DNA of 64,000 nt from an uncultured Nitrososphaeraceae archaeon (GCA_963837175.1 CAWIMJ010000050.1:1-64000), one strand, 5' to 3'; positions 11,791 through 23,500 are shown, numbered from the stretch's first letter. Notes: a model not told the origin generated them from the sequence alone. Translations and numbers: made by a program.

Positions 11791-12753
11791 TTTTGTCTTT
11801 TTGAAGAAAGAGATATTATGTTTGCATTTCACATATTTAAATAAACTGGATTATAATCACGATAAAGCACTAAAAAATGATGAAACACCGAAAACCAGAT
11901 TTAACAATGGCATTTTAGAAATTGTATTTACTAAAAGGGCGGATAAAGATGAAAGGCAAGCAAATAAACAGTATGAACAATTTTTATTTATACGGGTTCT
12001 AGAATAAAAGATGAGCTTTCGTACGTTCATGGCATTCTACTACAAGATTGACTTCTGCGTTATGTGGTAAGCGATCGGCTTGTTCAAGCAACTGATATAC
12101 CACAATCTGTCTGTGACGTCATGTAAAAATACCTCTCAGGTTGAGCCGAATGAAATTCATAGAATAAAATAACATTTAGGACGCGGTTACCTACCTATCT
12201 TTACTGATTCAAACCCTAAACCCATGCTGATAAGGAACCTGCATCCATCCTAAGGACAATATCCGGCCAGTCAAAATTGATCTGTACGTTAGGAATTATA
12301 ATAATGAGATCTAATTCTTGCCTTCCATGAATGATAGATATTCTTTCTGATTTCTGCTTAGATTAAATTTTCTTATGCCATATGCTTTATTTTGAGTACA
12401 TACTGATAGTTTCATAAATTTTTATATACTTATCAAATCTTTTAAGAAGAACCAATGGACTTGAATTACCATATTATTATCGCTTCAGTGTTTTGTTGAT
12501 CTATAAGAAGGATAAGAAGACATTATATTACTTTTCTATTGCTGTATGATCATCTGATCAGGATTTAAAGCTTTTATTACTAAGGAATAAAATTGTAGAT
12601 TTACAGTCACATCATCATAAATAAATAATATACACAAGAGAAAGTCATTATGCTAAGATATGAATAAAGAAACATGATGGAGGTCAAGTTAGTAATTTTG
12701 ATTTTATGCCAGATTATAACCTTTTATATCAAATTTGGTATAACAAACAAACA

Positions 12754-12903
12754 ATGAATGCATTCGATAAGCATAGAAAAAACTTCACCGCCTGGTGTGA
12801 GGATTGTAATGAAGTATTTGATGTATTATGGACTGCCAATATCCATCGCGATCAAATGGGACACAAAATAAAAGTAACAGAATTCTGGATTACAGGCAGG
12901 TGA
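12754..12903 (+). CDS. Small C2H2-like zinc-binding protein
   Basis: CEDC...F......A..H....GH motif; ATG at 12754. Confidence 0.55.
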   Translation: MNAFDKHRKNFTAWCEDCNEVFDVLWTANIHRDQMGHKIKVTEFWITGR

Positions 12904-12946
12904 AGAATGTACTATGGCTGTTTCCAAAAGTAAAATTGCTTAAATG

Positions 12947-13873
12947 CTAGCCTTTCCTTACTCCGGTAAAGGACGCATTAAGTATAATCTTTCGTGTGAT
13001 TTTAATTACTTCATAGATAGCAGTTCTAAGATCACCTGCCACACTACCAAGCATTCTTACTAACACGCCAGAACTATAAGGAAGGATTGTCGCTCCTCCT
13101 GAAATCTTAAACTTATGGATACTTGAATTTATTGCTTCATTTAATTCTGCCACATATTTTGACATCGTAAGTATATACATGCTTCCAACAACACTGAAAG
13201 TGCCAAGTATTCCAAGTGTATTCAAGTTGCGTTTCTTGGGTTCTAATATTGCAATATCTATACACCTTATTATCTCTTTTTGATTCTTTGCCAAAGCTTT
13301 CATATAGCATATATCATATTCAAATGATTCTCCTCTGGCAACCCTGCCTGGTACTATGATTTCAGAATAGACCATGGTTGCATTATCATGAACATTCAGG
13401 TTAACTGTCTGGTAAAAACGAGAGTTCCTATAAGGGATTATTTGGTCTGGAATAAATTCAAAATAGCAGCCGTCGTCTACATCAACATTAACTATCTGTG
13501 TGGCATAATTATTTTCCATTCTATAAACTCTTGTTGCACCTTGTGTTGTTATATGGGCATATGCGTTATTCTTCAATTTTATATCCATCCTGTATCTATC
13601 CCCCTGAAGAATGCCTCCAGAAGGGGATATTATGTAAATGTATGCCATAGATGGTATGGACTCTTCTAGGTATAGGGCTCTCTGTGTGAACAAGGGAACC
13701 TTCGAATATTGTTCTTTGACAACGGTTTTTCCTCTCCCTATATCTTTCTCTAATCCCAATATCAGGGCGCCTAGTTTTCCTGCTTTTCCTACTTCAAGTT
13801 GCTTCAATTTTGAGTCGTATGCTAATATTTCCGGGGGTGTATCTACCGGAATGTAAAATTCTATGTTGTTCAT
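12947..13873 (-). CDS. ureD: Urease accessory protein UreD
   Basis: SPSGGILQGD, TTQGATRVY and PGRVARGESF motifs; operon context. Confidence 0.93.
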   Translation of the reverse strand: MNNIEFYIPVDTPPEILAYDSKLKQLEVGKAGKLGALILGLEKDIGRGKTVVKEQYSKVPLFTQRALYLEESIPSMAYIYIISPSGGILQGDRYRMDIKLKNNAYAHITTQGATRVYRMENNYATQIVNVDVDDGCYFEFIPDQIIPYRNSRFYQTVNLNVHDNATMVYSEIIVPGRVARGESFEYDICYMKALAKNQKEIIRCIDIAILEPKKRNLNTLGILGTFSVVGSMYILTMSKYVAELNEAINSSIHKFKISGGATILPYSSGVLVRMLGSVAGDLRTAIYEVIKITRKIILNASFTGVRKG

Positions 13874-13897
13874 TAATGTATTATGACGACGACCCAG

Positions 13898-14551
13898 TCA
13901 TTTTGCAATAGCCTTTGGAGGAGACTCAAAGAGAACCTCTTTTATAATATGCTCTGTTACTTCTTTGACTCCTTGACCTGTCTTGCAGTTCACAAAGACA
14001 TAGGGTTTGATTCCTCTTACAGCCTTAGCATCTCTTTCCATAATCCCAAGATCTGCTCCAACATGAGGTGCAATATCAATCTTATTTATTACCAAGAGAT
14101 CACAGCTTTCTATGCCCAGACCTCTTTTTCTTGGATATTTATCGCCGCCAGAAACATCTATGATATAGATAAAATAATCAGCCAGTGCAGGGCTAAACGT
14201 GGTAGTAATATTGTCTCCTCCACTTTCAATTATAATCAAATCGAGATCATTATGTTTTTCTTCCATCTCCTCTACTACCGATATATTCATTGACGGGTCT
14301 TCACGTATAGCTGTATGAGGACATCCTCCCGTTGCTAATCCAATTACTAAATCTTCTGCCATCAACCCCTTTTGTGTTGCTAAGTTTTGTCTCATTCTAT
14401 CTGCATCCTCTCGAGAGACTACATCATTTGAAATTATACCTGCCCTATAACCTCTAGATGATAGTATAGGAACGACTTGCTCTATAAGCATGGTCTTTCC
14501 TGAACCAACAGGACCACCAATTCCTACTCTAGGAATTCGTTTAGCACTCAT
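13898..14551 (-). CDS. ureG: Urease accessory GTPase UreG
   Basis: GGPVGSGKT, GGCPHTAIRED, ESGGDN and NKID motifs. Confidence 0.97.
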   Translation of the reverse strand: MSAKRIPRVGIGGPVGSGKTMLIEQVVPILSSRGYRAGIISNDVVSREDADRMRQNLATQKGLMAEDLVIGLATGGCPHTAIREDPSMNISVVEEMEEKHNDLDLIIIESGGDNITTTFSPALADYFIYIIDVSGGDKYPRKRGLGIESCDLLVINKIDIAPHVGADLGIMERDAKAVRGIKPYVFVNCKTGQGVKEVTEHIIKEVLFESPPKAIAK

Positions 14552-14569
14552 GCAAAAAGTACGGTGCGA

Positions 14570-15274
14570 TCAAGTAATAAACATTTTTGAATCCAATTTT
14601 TCATGTGAAATCTGAATAATATCTATTTCTGGAGCAAACTGCCACATACTTATTAACGGTCTATCAATGTTGTTTATCATCGTATCCAAAATAGTGGGTT
14701 TCAATTCATGAATGATTCTCTGGCCTTCAAAATGCTGTAACATTCCTAATCTTAAGGCTGCTCCAACTATGCTTACTGAAAAAGTATAAAGCATCATAAT
14801 AGCAGCTTTTTGCTTCGGTATCTTTAGAGCGTTACTTGCAACAGCCATTACAGTAGAATATACTCCTGCAGCTTGTCCTTGTTTTATTGCTTGTTGATAC
14901 TGATTCATTAATTCATTATCCGTTATGAATGAGGTTAAGCATCTTAATAGCTGGGTACCTGATCTAGTAGATGCGTCTCTTATTTCCTTAACAAGTTTCA
15001 TTGCATATATTATTTGATCTACTTTTAACAATTTGGATAAATCAGATTTATAAGCACATTCATAGGCGTTTCCTAGTGCAGTACAATCTGCCGGACCAAT
15101 TTGGTGTTCTATATACACCTTAATCAGATCACGCAATTCATTTGCATCATTTATCTTCTTGCTATAAAATAACGTTTCAAGGCCATTTGAGGTAGTATAC
15201 ATACCAGTTGGAAAAAAAGAATCAGAAATCTGTAGTATACTTATTTCTTGCGTGTCCATCTTGTCAATGCTCAT
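14570..15274 (-). CDS. ureF: Urease accessory protein UreF (start ATG 15274)
   Basis: LQISDSFFPTGMYTTSNGLE motif and C-terminal HEKLDSKMFIT. Confidence 0.93.
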   Translation of the reverse strand: MSIDKMDTQEISILQISDSFFPTGMYTTSNGLETLFYSKKINDANELRDLIKVYIEHQIGPADCTALGNAYECAYKSDLSKLLKVDQIIYAMKLVKEIRDASTRSGTQLLRCLTSFITDNELMNQYQQAIKQGQAAGVYSTVMAVASNALKIPKQKAAIMMLYTFSVSIVGAALRLGMLQHFEGQRIIHELKPTILDTMINNIDRPLISMWQFAPEIDIIQISHEKLDSKMFIT

Positions 15275-15779
15275 GTATTTCTGTGCCTTCTTCAGGTTCA
15301 AAGACCATCTTTGTGTTATTAATTTCAAGGTGTCCAGCTATAGGTGCAAAAAGTTTCCTAAATATCTCCAGTTCACTATCAGCTTGAATTGGAAAGTAAA
15401 TTTTATTTCCTTCTAACTTTAGAGGACGATGTAGGTTTCCTATTGTATGACCAACTCTTACTGGTATTTCAATGATATCGTGGTCGTGGATGTTATCTTT
15501 AATTTCGATTACCGCCACATTCTCTGGTTCCATTTCCACTATTACCATCTTCTGTTCTGTTACCATAATAACATCGCCATGTCTTAGGCGTGTTCCTTGT
15601 GGAAGGATCAGGGCAATATCAGTGCCTTTATTAGATGTCTTTCTCATCCTGACTCTCTGTGACTCTAATCTGCTGATTTTAACTACTTCACAAATTTTCT
15701 TATAAGACATCTCTTTGTATTTTTCGTTAAGAGTGATATTCTTGTTTATATTTCCAATTATTGAATCAATTGTGATCAA
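15264..15779 (-). CDS. ureE: Urease accessory nickel chaperone UreE
   Basis: LRHGDVI and GHTIGNLHRP motifs; short His tail. Confidence 0.93.
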   Translation of the reverse strand: MITIDSIIGNINKNITLNEKYKEMSYKKICEVVKISRLESQRVRMRKTSNKGTDIALILPQGTRLRHGDVIMVTEQKMVIVEMEPENVAVIEIKDNIHDHDIIEIPVRVGHTIGNLHRPLKLEGNKIYFPIQADSELEIFRKLFAPIAGHLEINNTKMVFEPEEGTEIHEH

Positions 15780-15782
15780 TTT

Positions 15783-16157
15783 CTATCCCTTTTTCCTACT
15801 CCTTTTAATTGTCGATCTCGATCGACGAATCTTTTTTACTCCCTTAATCATTTCTAATAATCTTTGAGTATAGTCAACGAAGCCAAGATGATCAAAAGAC
15901 GATCTATCAACAAATGCAAAAATAAGCCCTCGATCTCCTAATCTAACCTTGGCGCCATTTTCAAATTTTTCAACAATGATGCAATTTGTAATCTTATGAT
16001 CTGGGTAATCAAGATTAAGGTGTGACGCAGGATCAATGAGCCCCGACATAGATTGAAGTTTACCTCCTGCAATGACTCCATGTCTTATTTTCGCTGGATC
16101 GATTACGATCAAGTTCTCATCGACGTTAGACTCCTCGACACAATGACGAATCAACAT
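15783..16157 (-). CDS. Uncharacterised protein inside the urease operon
   Basis: 124-aa ORF packed between the chaperonin (12-bp gap) and ureE (3-bp gap), same strand. Confidence 0.75.
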   Translation of the reverse strand: MLIRHCVEESNVDENLIVIDPAKIRHGVIAGGKLQSMSGLIDPASHLNLDYPDHKITNCIIVEKFENGAKVRLGDRGLIFAFVDRSSFDHLGFVDYTQRLLEMIKGVKKIRRSRSTIKRSRKKG

Positions 16158-16169
16158 TATTGTATATAA

Positions 16170-17726
16170 TCACCTTTTTATCTCTGATACTGCCTGATGG
16201 CTCAGATCTTCTGCTGCTAGATTTCTATCTATTCTTAAAACAGATTTAGCTATCTCTCCTGCAGCCTGAAGAGCCATCGTCTTAACCAATAAAGGATCAA
16301 GCACACCCTTTTTCCACATATCTACTACTTTGCCTGAATCAATATCAATACCAAAACCACTAGGCGATGCTTTTGCTGCCATAACCTTTTCTAATCCATT
16401 ATATCCCGCATTTGTTAGTATTTGGCGCATAATGCTTTCTAAAGCTGAAGTGACAACCTCTAATCCAACCTGTTCAAGACCCTTCAATCTCAAATTATTT
16501 ACTTTCTCTATGACATGCAATTCTGCAGAACCTCCACCAGCAACAACGCCTTTATTCAAAGCAGCTTCGGCAGCATTTACACCATCTATAGCAGCCCTCC
16601 ATCGCTCAAGAGATGTCTCTTTAGTTGTACCAGATACAATCAGTGTAACCATATTTCTACCCAAGCCATTCTCTATGTATATTACTCCATTATCTTCATC
16701 TTCATATATATGACCTGCTCTGCCTAAAATATCTGTTTTTTTTAGATCTTCGATTGTTCTTACAGTCTTAGCTCCAGTATATCGTGACAAATATTCAATT
16801 TCTTCTGTTGATATACGGACGGCAAATATCTTTCTTGCCACAAGAAGATCCTCTATAACCTGATCCACTTCAGGTGATGCTATCAGGATGGTATTTGCAT
16901 CAGTTGCTATCATGGCATCTACTATTTCTTTTGATTTGATAACCCTATCATTTTCCATGCTAAGTATTTCTTCATACTTACTGTTGTCCTTAAGCCAAGA
17001 TTCTTTAATAGGTTTTAAATCTAATTTGGCAATCATGATCCTCGGTTCTTTTATTTCTAAAGGCATCTCGGGATCCATTCTTTTTCTTTCTAGGACTATG
17101 CCATTGATGGTCCTATCCTCCATATTGGTTCTTCTAATAACCATGATTGCCTTATCAAAGTTGTAGGAGCCATTATAAATCGCATTTTTTCCTACGGACC
17201 TCAGCGCTGCAATTACTAATGAGGAGAGTTTTTCTCCGTCGAGCTTTGATGATAGAGATGTCTTGATTATCTGTTCTAATTCAATATCATTTAGAGTAAT
17301 CTTATTGGCTTCTTTTTCCAGAAGCTGACATGCATGATTGACTCCGCTCTCTATACCTTCTACAACTTTTGTTGGATGAACACCTAGTTCCTTGATGAGC
17401 CTTTTGCCTTCCTTTATCATTTCAGCTGCCATTACTACCGCAGTTGTTGTCCCATCACCAACTAATTGCTCCTGTCTTTCCGCTATCTCTACAATCATTC
17501 TTGCAACTGGATGTATCGCCCTTAGAGAGAGCAAAATTGTTACACCATCATTTGAAACATGTCTATTCATAGCTTGATCTATTAGTAGCTTATCTAATCC
17601 CTTAGGCCCCAGCGTAGTTCTTACCGTATCAGCCACAGTCATCACCGCATTGGAATTGGACTCTAATGCATTGAACTCAATGTTCTCGGCCATGGGCCTC
17701 CATACACCGTAATTAGGATTTGACAT
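16170..17726 (-). CDS. Divergent Cpn60/TCP-1 chaperonin (thermosome-like, group III-like signatures) embedded in the ure operon
   Basis: [40 protein letters not shown] and LRID motifs. Confidence 0.92.
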   Translation of the reverse strand: MSNPNYGVWRPMAENIEFNALESNSNAVMTVADTVRTTLGPKGLDKLLIDQAMNRHVSNDGVTILLSLRAIHPVARMIVEIAERQEQLVGDGTTTAVVMAAEMIKEGKRLIKELGVHPTKVVEGIESGVNHACQLLEKEANKITLNDIELEQIIKTSLSSKLDGEKLSSLVIAALRSVGKNAIYNGSYNFDKAIMVIRRTNMEDRTINGIVLERKRMDPEMPLEIKEPRIMIAKLDLKPIKESWLKDNSKYEEILSMENDRVIKSKEIVDAMIATDANTILIASPEVDQVIEDLLVARKIFAVRISTEEIEYLSRYTGAKTVRTIEDLKKTDILGRAGHIYEDEDNGVIYIENGLGRNMVTLIVSGTTKETSLERWRAAIDGVNAAEAALNKGVVAGGGSAELHVIEKVNNLRLKGLEQVGLEVVTSALESIMRQILTNAGYNGLEKVMAAKASPSGFGIDIDSGKVVDMWKKGVLDPLLVKTMALQAAGEIAKSVLRIDRNLAAEDLSHQAVSEIKR

Positions 17727-17845
17727 CAGACATTACTCTCTAATACAGATCAAAATAAAGATATACCAAAAAAGATAGAAATTTTCCAGCCATAGTTGTT
17801 GCTGTGGCCGTTGTTGTTGTTATTACTGCTCTTGTTGTTAAACGG

Positions 17846-19573
17846 CTATGCCATGAAGTACCTTTGTGCTGAAGAGAGTTCCTTTGCAGGATCTACAGTT
17901 GCGATTTGACCGTCTAATTTTACTTCGTATGTCTCTGGGTCTATTGTTATCTCAGGAGTCTTGTCGTTCCACATCATATCCTGTTTGCTAATACTTCTGC
18001 AATTCTTAACGGGTAGAATCACTTTTTCCAATCCTAATTTCTCGGGGACTCCTAGCTCTATGGCTTTCTTTGACATAAAAGTAAACGACGTGCTCTTTAC
18101 TGCCTTTCCTAATGCTCCAAACATTGGTCTATAGTACACTGGCTCTGGAGTTGGAAGAGATGCATTTGGATCTCCCATAATTGACCATGCTATGAATCCT
18201 CCCTTAAATACCATCTTAGGCTTTGCAGGGAAGAATGCCATTGGATACATAACTATATCTGCATATTTTCCTACTTCAAGTGATCCTAGATAGTCTGAAA
18301 CACCGTGTGTTATCGCAGGATTAATTGTTGTCTTTGCAATGTATCTTTTTGCTCTGAAATTGTCATTATCGCCTGTCTCCTCTCCATATCTGCCCTTCAT
18401 CTTCTTCATTTTGTCTGCAGTCTGCCATGTGCGTATTACTACCTCGCCTATTCTCCCCATTGCTTGACTGTCCGACGAATACATACTCAATACTCCTTCA
18501 TCATGTAAAACATCTTCTCCAGCAATAGTTTCAGCTCTTATCCTTGACTCTGCAAATGCGACATCCTCCGGAACTGCAGGGTTAAGATGGTGACAGAACA
18601 TCAACATGTCAAGATGCTCATCTACGGTATTTACAGTGTATGGTCTTGTTGGATTGGTTGAGGATGGCAGAGCGAATTGTTCTTCAGCAATCTTCATAAT
18701 ATCTGGAGCATGACCGCCGCCTGCGCCTTCTGTGTGATATGTATGCACTGTTCTACCATCAATAGCATTTATAGTATCTTCTACGTAGGCGCATTCATTT
18801 ATTGAATCTGTGTGAATGGCTAGCTGTGTATCAGTAGCGTCTACCGCTTTTAGAGAAGCGTCTAATACTGCTGCAGTTGTTCCCCAGTCTTCATGATCTT
18901 TGAGTCCGCATGCACCTGCTTCTATCTGCTCCATTTGGGTTGCCAACGATGGATGAGAGTCATTCCCCTTTCCTAAAAATCCCCAGTTCATAGGTGTATC
19001 TTCTATTGCCTCTAACATTCTACTCATGTTAAAGACTCCTGGTGTACAGGTTGTTGCACACGTTCCATCTGCTGGTCCAGTTCCCCCTCCTATCATATTG
19101 CAAATGCCATTACTGATGGCATCTACGTACTGTTGTGGGCATATATTGTGAACGTGTGTATCAAAGTGTCCTGCAGTACAAATAGTGTGTTCGCCAGCTG
19201 TAGCTTCAGTGCATGCTGAAACAATCATCTTTGTATTTACTTTATCCATTACATATGGGTTGCCTGATTTTCCAACTCCAGCTATTTTGCCATCCTTTAT
19301 TCCGATGTCAGCTTTAACTATTCCTAGCACCGGATCTACAATAACTGCATTTGTAATTACATAATCAAGAGCGCCATCTGCATTTGTGACGCCAGAAGCT
19401 TGCGCCAAACCATCTCTTATTGTCTTTCCCCCACCGAACACAACTTCGTCTCCTGGTGTTATAAGATCTTTTTCTACTTCTATCATTAATTCCGAATCTC
19501 CAAGTCTGATTTTGTCTCCAGCAGACGGTCCATATAGATCTGTGTACTGCTTACGAGTTAACTTTAGAACCAT
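17846..19573 (-). CDS. ureC: Urease subunit alpha
   Basis: [33 protein letters not shown] and SSDSQAMGR active-site motifs. Confidence 0.98.
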   Translation of the reverse strand: MVLKLTRKQYTDLYGPSAGDKIRLGDSELMIEVEKDLITPGDEVVFGGGKTIRDGLAQASGVTNADGALDYVITNAVIVDPVLGIVKADIGIKDGKIAGVGKSGNPYVMDKVNTKMIVSACTEATAGEHTICTAGHFDTHVHNICPQQYVDAISNGICNMIGGGTGPADGTCATTCTPGVFNMSRMLEAIEDTPMNWGFLGKGNDSHPSLATQMEQIEAGACGLKDHEDWGTTAAVLDASLKAVDATDTQLAIHTDSINECAYVEDTINAIDGRTVHTYHTEGAGGGHAPDIMKIAEEQFALPSSTNPTRPYTVNTVDEHLDMLMFCHHLNPAVPEDVAFAESRIRAETIAGEDVLHDEGVLSMYSSDSQAMGRIGEVVIRTWQTADKMKKMKGRYGEETGDNDNFRAKRYIAKTTINPAITHGVSDYLGSLEVGKYADIVMYPMAFFPAKPKMVFKGGFIAWSIMGDPNASLPTPEPVYYRPMFGALGKAVKSTSFTFMSKKAIELGVPEKLGLEKVILPVKNCRSISKQDMMWNDKTPEITIDPETYEVKLDGQIATVDPAKELSSAQRYFMA

Positions 19574-19590
19574 TTCTTTATTCTCTCCTC

Positions 19591-19959
19591 CTATGCTCCC
19601 CTAAATCCAATGGTTCTGGCCTTCTCAAGTGAACTATTCTTTACTATTGATGATTTCAGGCTACCCATCGTTAGACCATTGAACCCATATACAATACGTT
19701 TGCCTCCTAATTCACATAATTCTACCTCCTTTGAATCTCCAGGTTCAAATCTTACTGAAGTACCTGATGGAATATTCAATCGGAATCCATATGCTTTTTC
19801 ACGTGGAAAATCAAGTGCTCTATTTACTTCAAAGAAGTGTGTATGTGAACCAACCTGACAAGGTCTATCGCCAGTATTCTTTACAGTAATGTTGACAGTT
19901 TTTTTATTTCCATTACAAGTAATGGGATTTGCTGATAATGTATATTCGCCTGGTGTCAT
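19591..19959 (-). CDS. ureB: Urease subunit beta
   Basis: [19 protein letters not shown] and [15 protein letters not shown] motifs. Confidence 0.97.
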   Translation of the reverse strand: MTPGEYTLSANPITCNGNKKTVNITVKNTGDRPCQVGSHTHFFEVNRALDFPREKAYGFRLNIPSGTSVRFEPGDSKEVELCELGGKRIVYGFNGLTMGSLKSSIVKNSSLEKARTIGFRGA

Positions 19960-20036
19960 TGTTCTATGAACAACCTCCTTCTTCCCAATTTTTTTTTAAT
20001 TCGAGATTTTGATTTTTTAATTACCATTTTTGTCAC

Positions 20037-20339
20037 CTATTGAACAGGATCGTGCACTGTTACTAATTTGGTGCCATCAGGAAATGTGGCCTCTACTTGA
20101 ACTGTATGTATCATTTCTGATATCCCATCCATAACATCGCCTCTCTTCACTACTGTTCTTGCCGAGCTCATGAGGTCAGCTACCGTCTTTCCCTCTCTAG
20201 CTCCTTCTACAACATAATTTGCTATATAAGCAACTGTCTCAGGGTAATTCAGTTTTACACCTTTTTTCTTTCTTCCTTCGGCTATTTGTGCAGCAGTCCA
20301 TATCATCATTTTATCAATTTCTCTTGGTGCTAACATCAA
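20037..20339 (-). CDS. ureA: Urease subunit gamma
   Basis: KLNYPE, EGAREG and [19 protein letters not shown] motifs. Confidence 0.97.
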   Translation of the reverse strand: MMLAPREIDKMMIWTAAQIAEGRKKKGVKLNYPETVAYIANYVVEGAREGKTVADLMSSARTVVKRGDVMDGISEMIHTVQVEATFPDGTKLVTVHDPVQ

Positions 20340-20471
20340 TTTTCTAATATACCTCTGAGAGTACAGTAAACCTGAATTATTTTAAAGTTCAAAATATTAA
20401 CTTATATATAAAATAATATTTGCTTCGAAACGACTTAATAATACTGACAATCTTATGGAGCTGACTATTTT

Positions 20472-20489
20472 TTAGTCGACATCGACTAA
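20472..20489. promoter_or_regulatory. 18-bp palindrome TTAGTCGA-CA-TCGACTAA, copy 1, upstream of ureA
   Basis: Perfect 8-bp arms; identical to 22734-22751; a TATA-like TTTATATATAA (minus strand, about 20402-20412) lies between it and ureA. Confidence 0.75.
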
Positions 20490-20491
20490 TT

Positions 20492-21082
20492 TTATTCCAA
20501 CTTACTCACATTGAATGGGAGGACAACGCTCAGCCAAAAATGCATTTGTTCAAATTTTCCATTTTTATTCACTGGCAACGTAAAATCATATATCTTATTC
20601 ACTGTCTTAATTGTAAGAAAATTTTTCATTATCATTGTACCAACCATATTTGTTACCGTAGTTTCTATTCCCTTTCTAATAATAAATTCGTGTATATCTG
20701 AATACCAGATATAGTAGTTGGATCTATCTCTTTTTATTATGTCTGCTGGAGGATTCCGATACTGTTTCATCACATCGGATGGCTTTATTTTTTTTGATAA
20801 TACCATATATGGAAATGGCGCTATTCCCGCAACATAACCCATGTCTACAAACTTTTTTAGAAAATTCTTTTTGCTAACTATTATTCTAGTGGTTGTAAAG
20901 TCAAGAGAAAAATTCCTGCTCCATCCTCCTTTTTCCTCAGAGCTTAACCTTAGAATATTTTCTTCGAAATTTTTCTTTTTACACCACAAAATAAAGTCTT
21001 TAATTTTTTCTGAATCAGACTTGGAAGATAATTTGTTGTCCTCTGCTAATTTTAAAAACTGCTCAAATTCAAATGGTTTCAT
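20492..21082 (-). CDS. Hypothetical protein of the urea island (possibly PH-like fold)
   Basis: 196-aa ORF co-oriented between the urea transporter and ureA. Confidence 0.7.
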   Translation of the reverse strand: MKPFEFEQFLKLAEDNKLSSKSDSEKIKDFILWCKKKNFEENILRLSSEEKGGWSRNFSLDFTTTRIIVSKKNFLKKFVDMGYVAGIAPFPYMVLSKKIKPSDVMKQYRNPPADIIKRDRSNYYIWYSDIHEFIIRKGIETTVTNMVGTMIMKNFLTIKTVNKIYDFTLPVNKNGKFEQMHFWLSVVLPFNVSKLE

Positions 21083-21183
21083 TAGCTTAGTGACATTATA
21101 AATAATTTGTATGTAAAGGTATATTTTTATAATCTATTTAATAAAAAAAGAAGATGGAAACATAATTCCTCGCTTTTCTTCTC

Positions 21184-22299
21184 CTAGGGTGCCCGTGACC
21201 ATCCAATTCCTGCCGGAATGTTTGTAAAACCAGATACTCCTAGTAAGAATATCCATGCAGTAAATACAAAAGGTCCCGTCAGAGCTGGTAAACCCCACAT
21301 TCCAAAAAATCTTTGTAGAGCTGGCATTACAATTACACTACATGCCACTGTAGCAAATACAGCTAGCAGAAATGATTGGAGAGTGAGGGGAATGAAACTG
21401 GTTAGAGCTATCATGACAAGTACCTGATTAAATCCATGTAATCCCAATCTTATTTCTGCTGTTGGCAGTTTTGTAAGGATTGCAAGGGCTACTCCTATAC
21501 CTGAGCCTAGAAGTGCCATAAGGCCAGCCAAATACAGCGATGAGAATTCATTCCATTGTGCTGTGTAAGCGTTTGTATACCATGGTCTAGCCTGTCCTGT
21601 AATGATTGGTGCAATTTCAAATGCAAGTGTAAGACCAACTACCCAGAAAATTCCTGTTTTCCAATTCTCAACAAATGTAACTTGTGATACCCCTTTCAAA
21701 GTAGCTATCATAAATTCTTTTGCAGTCCATTTGAAATTTTCAACTTGAGTTTGAATTGGATTGCTACTTTCCTTAATCAATTCTTCCTCAGGTGGAGATG
21801 TAGGTAGTGCTGGCCATATATCGTGTCCAAATCTCTTGCTAGCATACATTAAAGCCCAAGTAGTAAATATAAAGGAAGATGTAAAGCCCGGTATAGCCCA
21901 TTTTGCTCCCTGAAAGAAGGTATCTCCCATAAGATGCGCCATCGCCATCCAAGTCACCGCAGTAGCTGCAGCACCAAAAACCGATAAGAAGAAGGTAGCT
22001 TTATTTGGTTTTACAAAAGGACCAGACCAAAGTGCCATGCCAGTCAAAATAGAGTTGTAACCAAATAATCCAAAAGCTACAAGTCCATACGGGGCACCTA
22101 AAAGGATGGCCGTTCCAGCGCCTATTAGACCCGATAACACCATCATTGCGCCTGCCTTTCTTGATGCAAGAAATACTCCTGCTAGTATCAATATTCCAGT
22201 TATTGGAGAACTGAATAAGGGCACTTCCGCAATTCCGTTGAATAGAGTAAAAAAGAAGTCCAATATGGGCTCTCCGGTAGCATAATTTGCGACTGTCAT
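21184..22299 (-). CDS. Urea transporter (UT/Yut family); start ATG 22299
   Basis: Duplicated UT motifs GLFGYNSIL/GLHGFNQVL, GIAEV/GVSQV, PGFTSSF/PALTGPF; multiple transmembrane helices; next to ure genes. Confidence 0.92.
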   Translation of the reverse strand: MTVANYATGEPILDFFFTLFNGIAEVPLFSSPITGILILAGVFLASRKAGAMMVLSGLIGAGTAILLGAPYGLVAFGLFGYNSILTGMALWSGPFVKPNKATFFLSVFGAAATAVTWMAMAHLMGDTFFQGAKWAIPGFTSSFIFTTWALMYASKRFGHDIWPALPTSPPEEELIKESSNPIQTQVENFKWTAKEFMIATLKGVSQVTFVENWKTGIFWVVGLTLAFEIAPIITGQARPWYTNAYTAQWNEFSSLYLAGLMALLGSGIGVALAILTKLPTAEIRLGLHGFNQVLVMIALTSFIPLTLQSFLLAVFATVACSVIVMPALQRFFGMWGLPALTGPFVFTAWIFLLGVSGFTNIPAGIGWSRAP

Positions 22300-22733
22300 G
22301 AAATTTCCTTCTGATGAAGTATTCTTTAATGATTTGTAAATTATATTCATTTATTAACCGATTATATTTCCTTCTTTCAACTGCTCATTAAAATATGAGA
22401 CAAAAAGGAGAAGATTTGCAAAATGAGTTTGCGTGACGTCGTACATGTCCCTTTTCCTTTTAAATTGAGATAACTTTTTATTGTATTATAAGATGATCGC
22501 ATGAAAGGTTTTTGTTGCTATAGTAATAACTATCTCAACATTTATTCGTTAATTCTATTGGTGATGTATTAGTTTTGGTATGCACCCCCAAATCAAAAAG
22601 ATGATATTAATAAAAATCGTATTTTTATATTAAGATCATTTCGAGATGTTCTATTGACCCACTTATTGGTGATGAGTTAGATAATAATTTTATTGTTAAT
22701 AGACTTATTCTTTAATCTTACAGTCGGAATTTA

Positions 22734-22751
22734 TTAGTCGACATCGACTAA
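22734..22751. promoter_or_regulatory. 18-bp palindrome TTAGTCGA-CA-TCGACTAA, copy 2, in the divergent intergenic region upstream of the urea transporter
   Basis: Exact copy of 20472-20489. Confidence 0.75.
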
Positions 22752-22789
22752 AATACTTAATCTTTTTTATCCATCACGTTATACAATAC

Positions 22790-22826
<37 letters not shown>

Positions 22827-22908
22827 ATCAACAAGAAGAAGCAATTTTTCCTCTAATTTAATAAATATCAGTTATATTATCCTTCATATTAAAAGATAGT
22901 GATAATAA

Positions 22909-23500
22909 ATGACGTCTGGCAAATATTTTAACAAAGGCGTAAAGGCATTAGATTCCCCACATATAGGCCATGTTGTAAGAGAAACTGACGAAAAAATAGT
23001 AGTATTTGGCGGTGGAGATGACAGATATGACATACCAAAGTCTGAAATTCAGCAGGTTGGTGGCAATGTCCTTATTGATCTTCCTCTACATGAAATAGTA
23101 AAGAAGTACAAAGTAAGTCGTCAAGAACCTTTGCCAACAGGTAAGGGAACACAAGATCCATGGACCCGGCCTGAGAACGTAGATCTCGCTAGTTATGAGA
23201 AGAAATATCCAAAGTCATTATTTAACAAGGGCGTTAGAACAAGGGATGAAGAACATATCGGACACGTAATGAAGGAAACTGATGATAAGATCGTTGTTTT
23301 TGGTCATTATGACTATAGATTTGATATTCCAAAATCCAAGATAATAGGCAGCAGGTAGGAATGTTATTCTCGACATGGATTATCCGGAAATATTCAATTA
23401 TAGAGTAGATAGAAATGCACCATTACCAGGTGGAGAACCTATTGATACATTAGCAGATGAAGAACAAAGAACATCGACCGAGGTACCTAAAGAACAATAA
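22909..23500 (+). pseudogene. Tandem-repeat PRC-barrel-like protein with a +1 frameshift near 23347
   Basis: Two copies of FNKGV...HIGHV..ETD.KIVVFG...R.DIPKS. Removing one G gives KIIAAGRNVILDMDYPEIFNYRVDRNAPLP, which matches repeat 1 and ends at TAA 23498-23500. Confidence 0.75.

Noticed and set aside
11774-12007. 77-aa ORF containing RFNNGILEIVF
   Set aside because: It holds only a short Hsp20-like C-terminal remnant and overlaps the tfb start region; it is not a credible gene.
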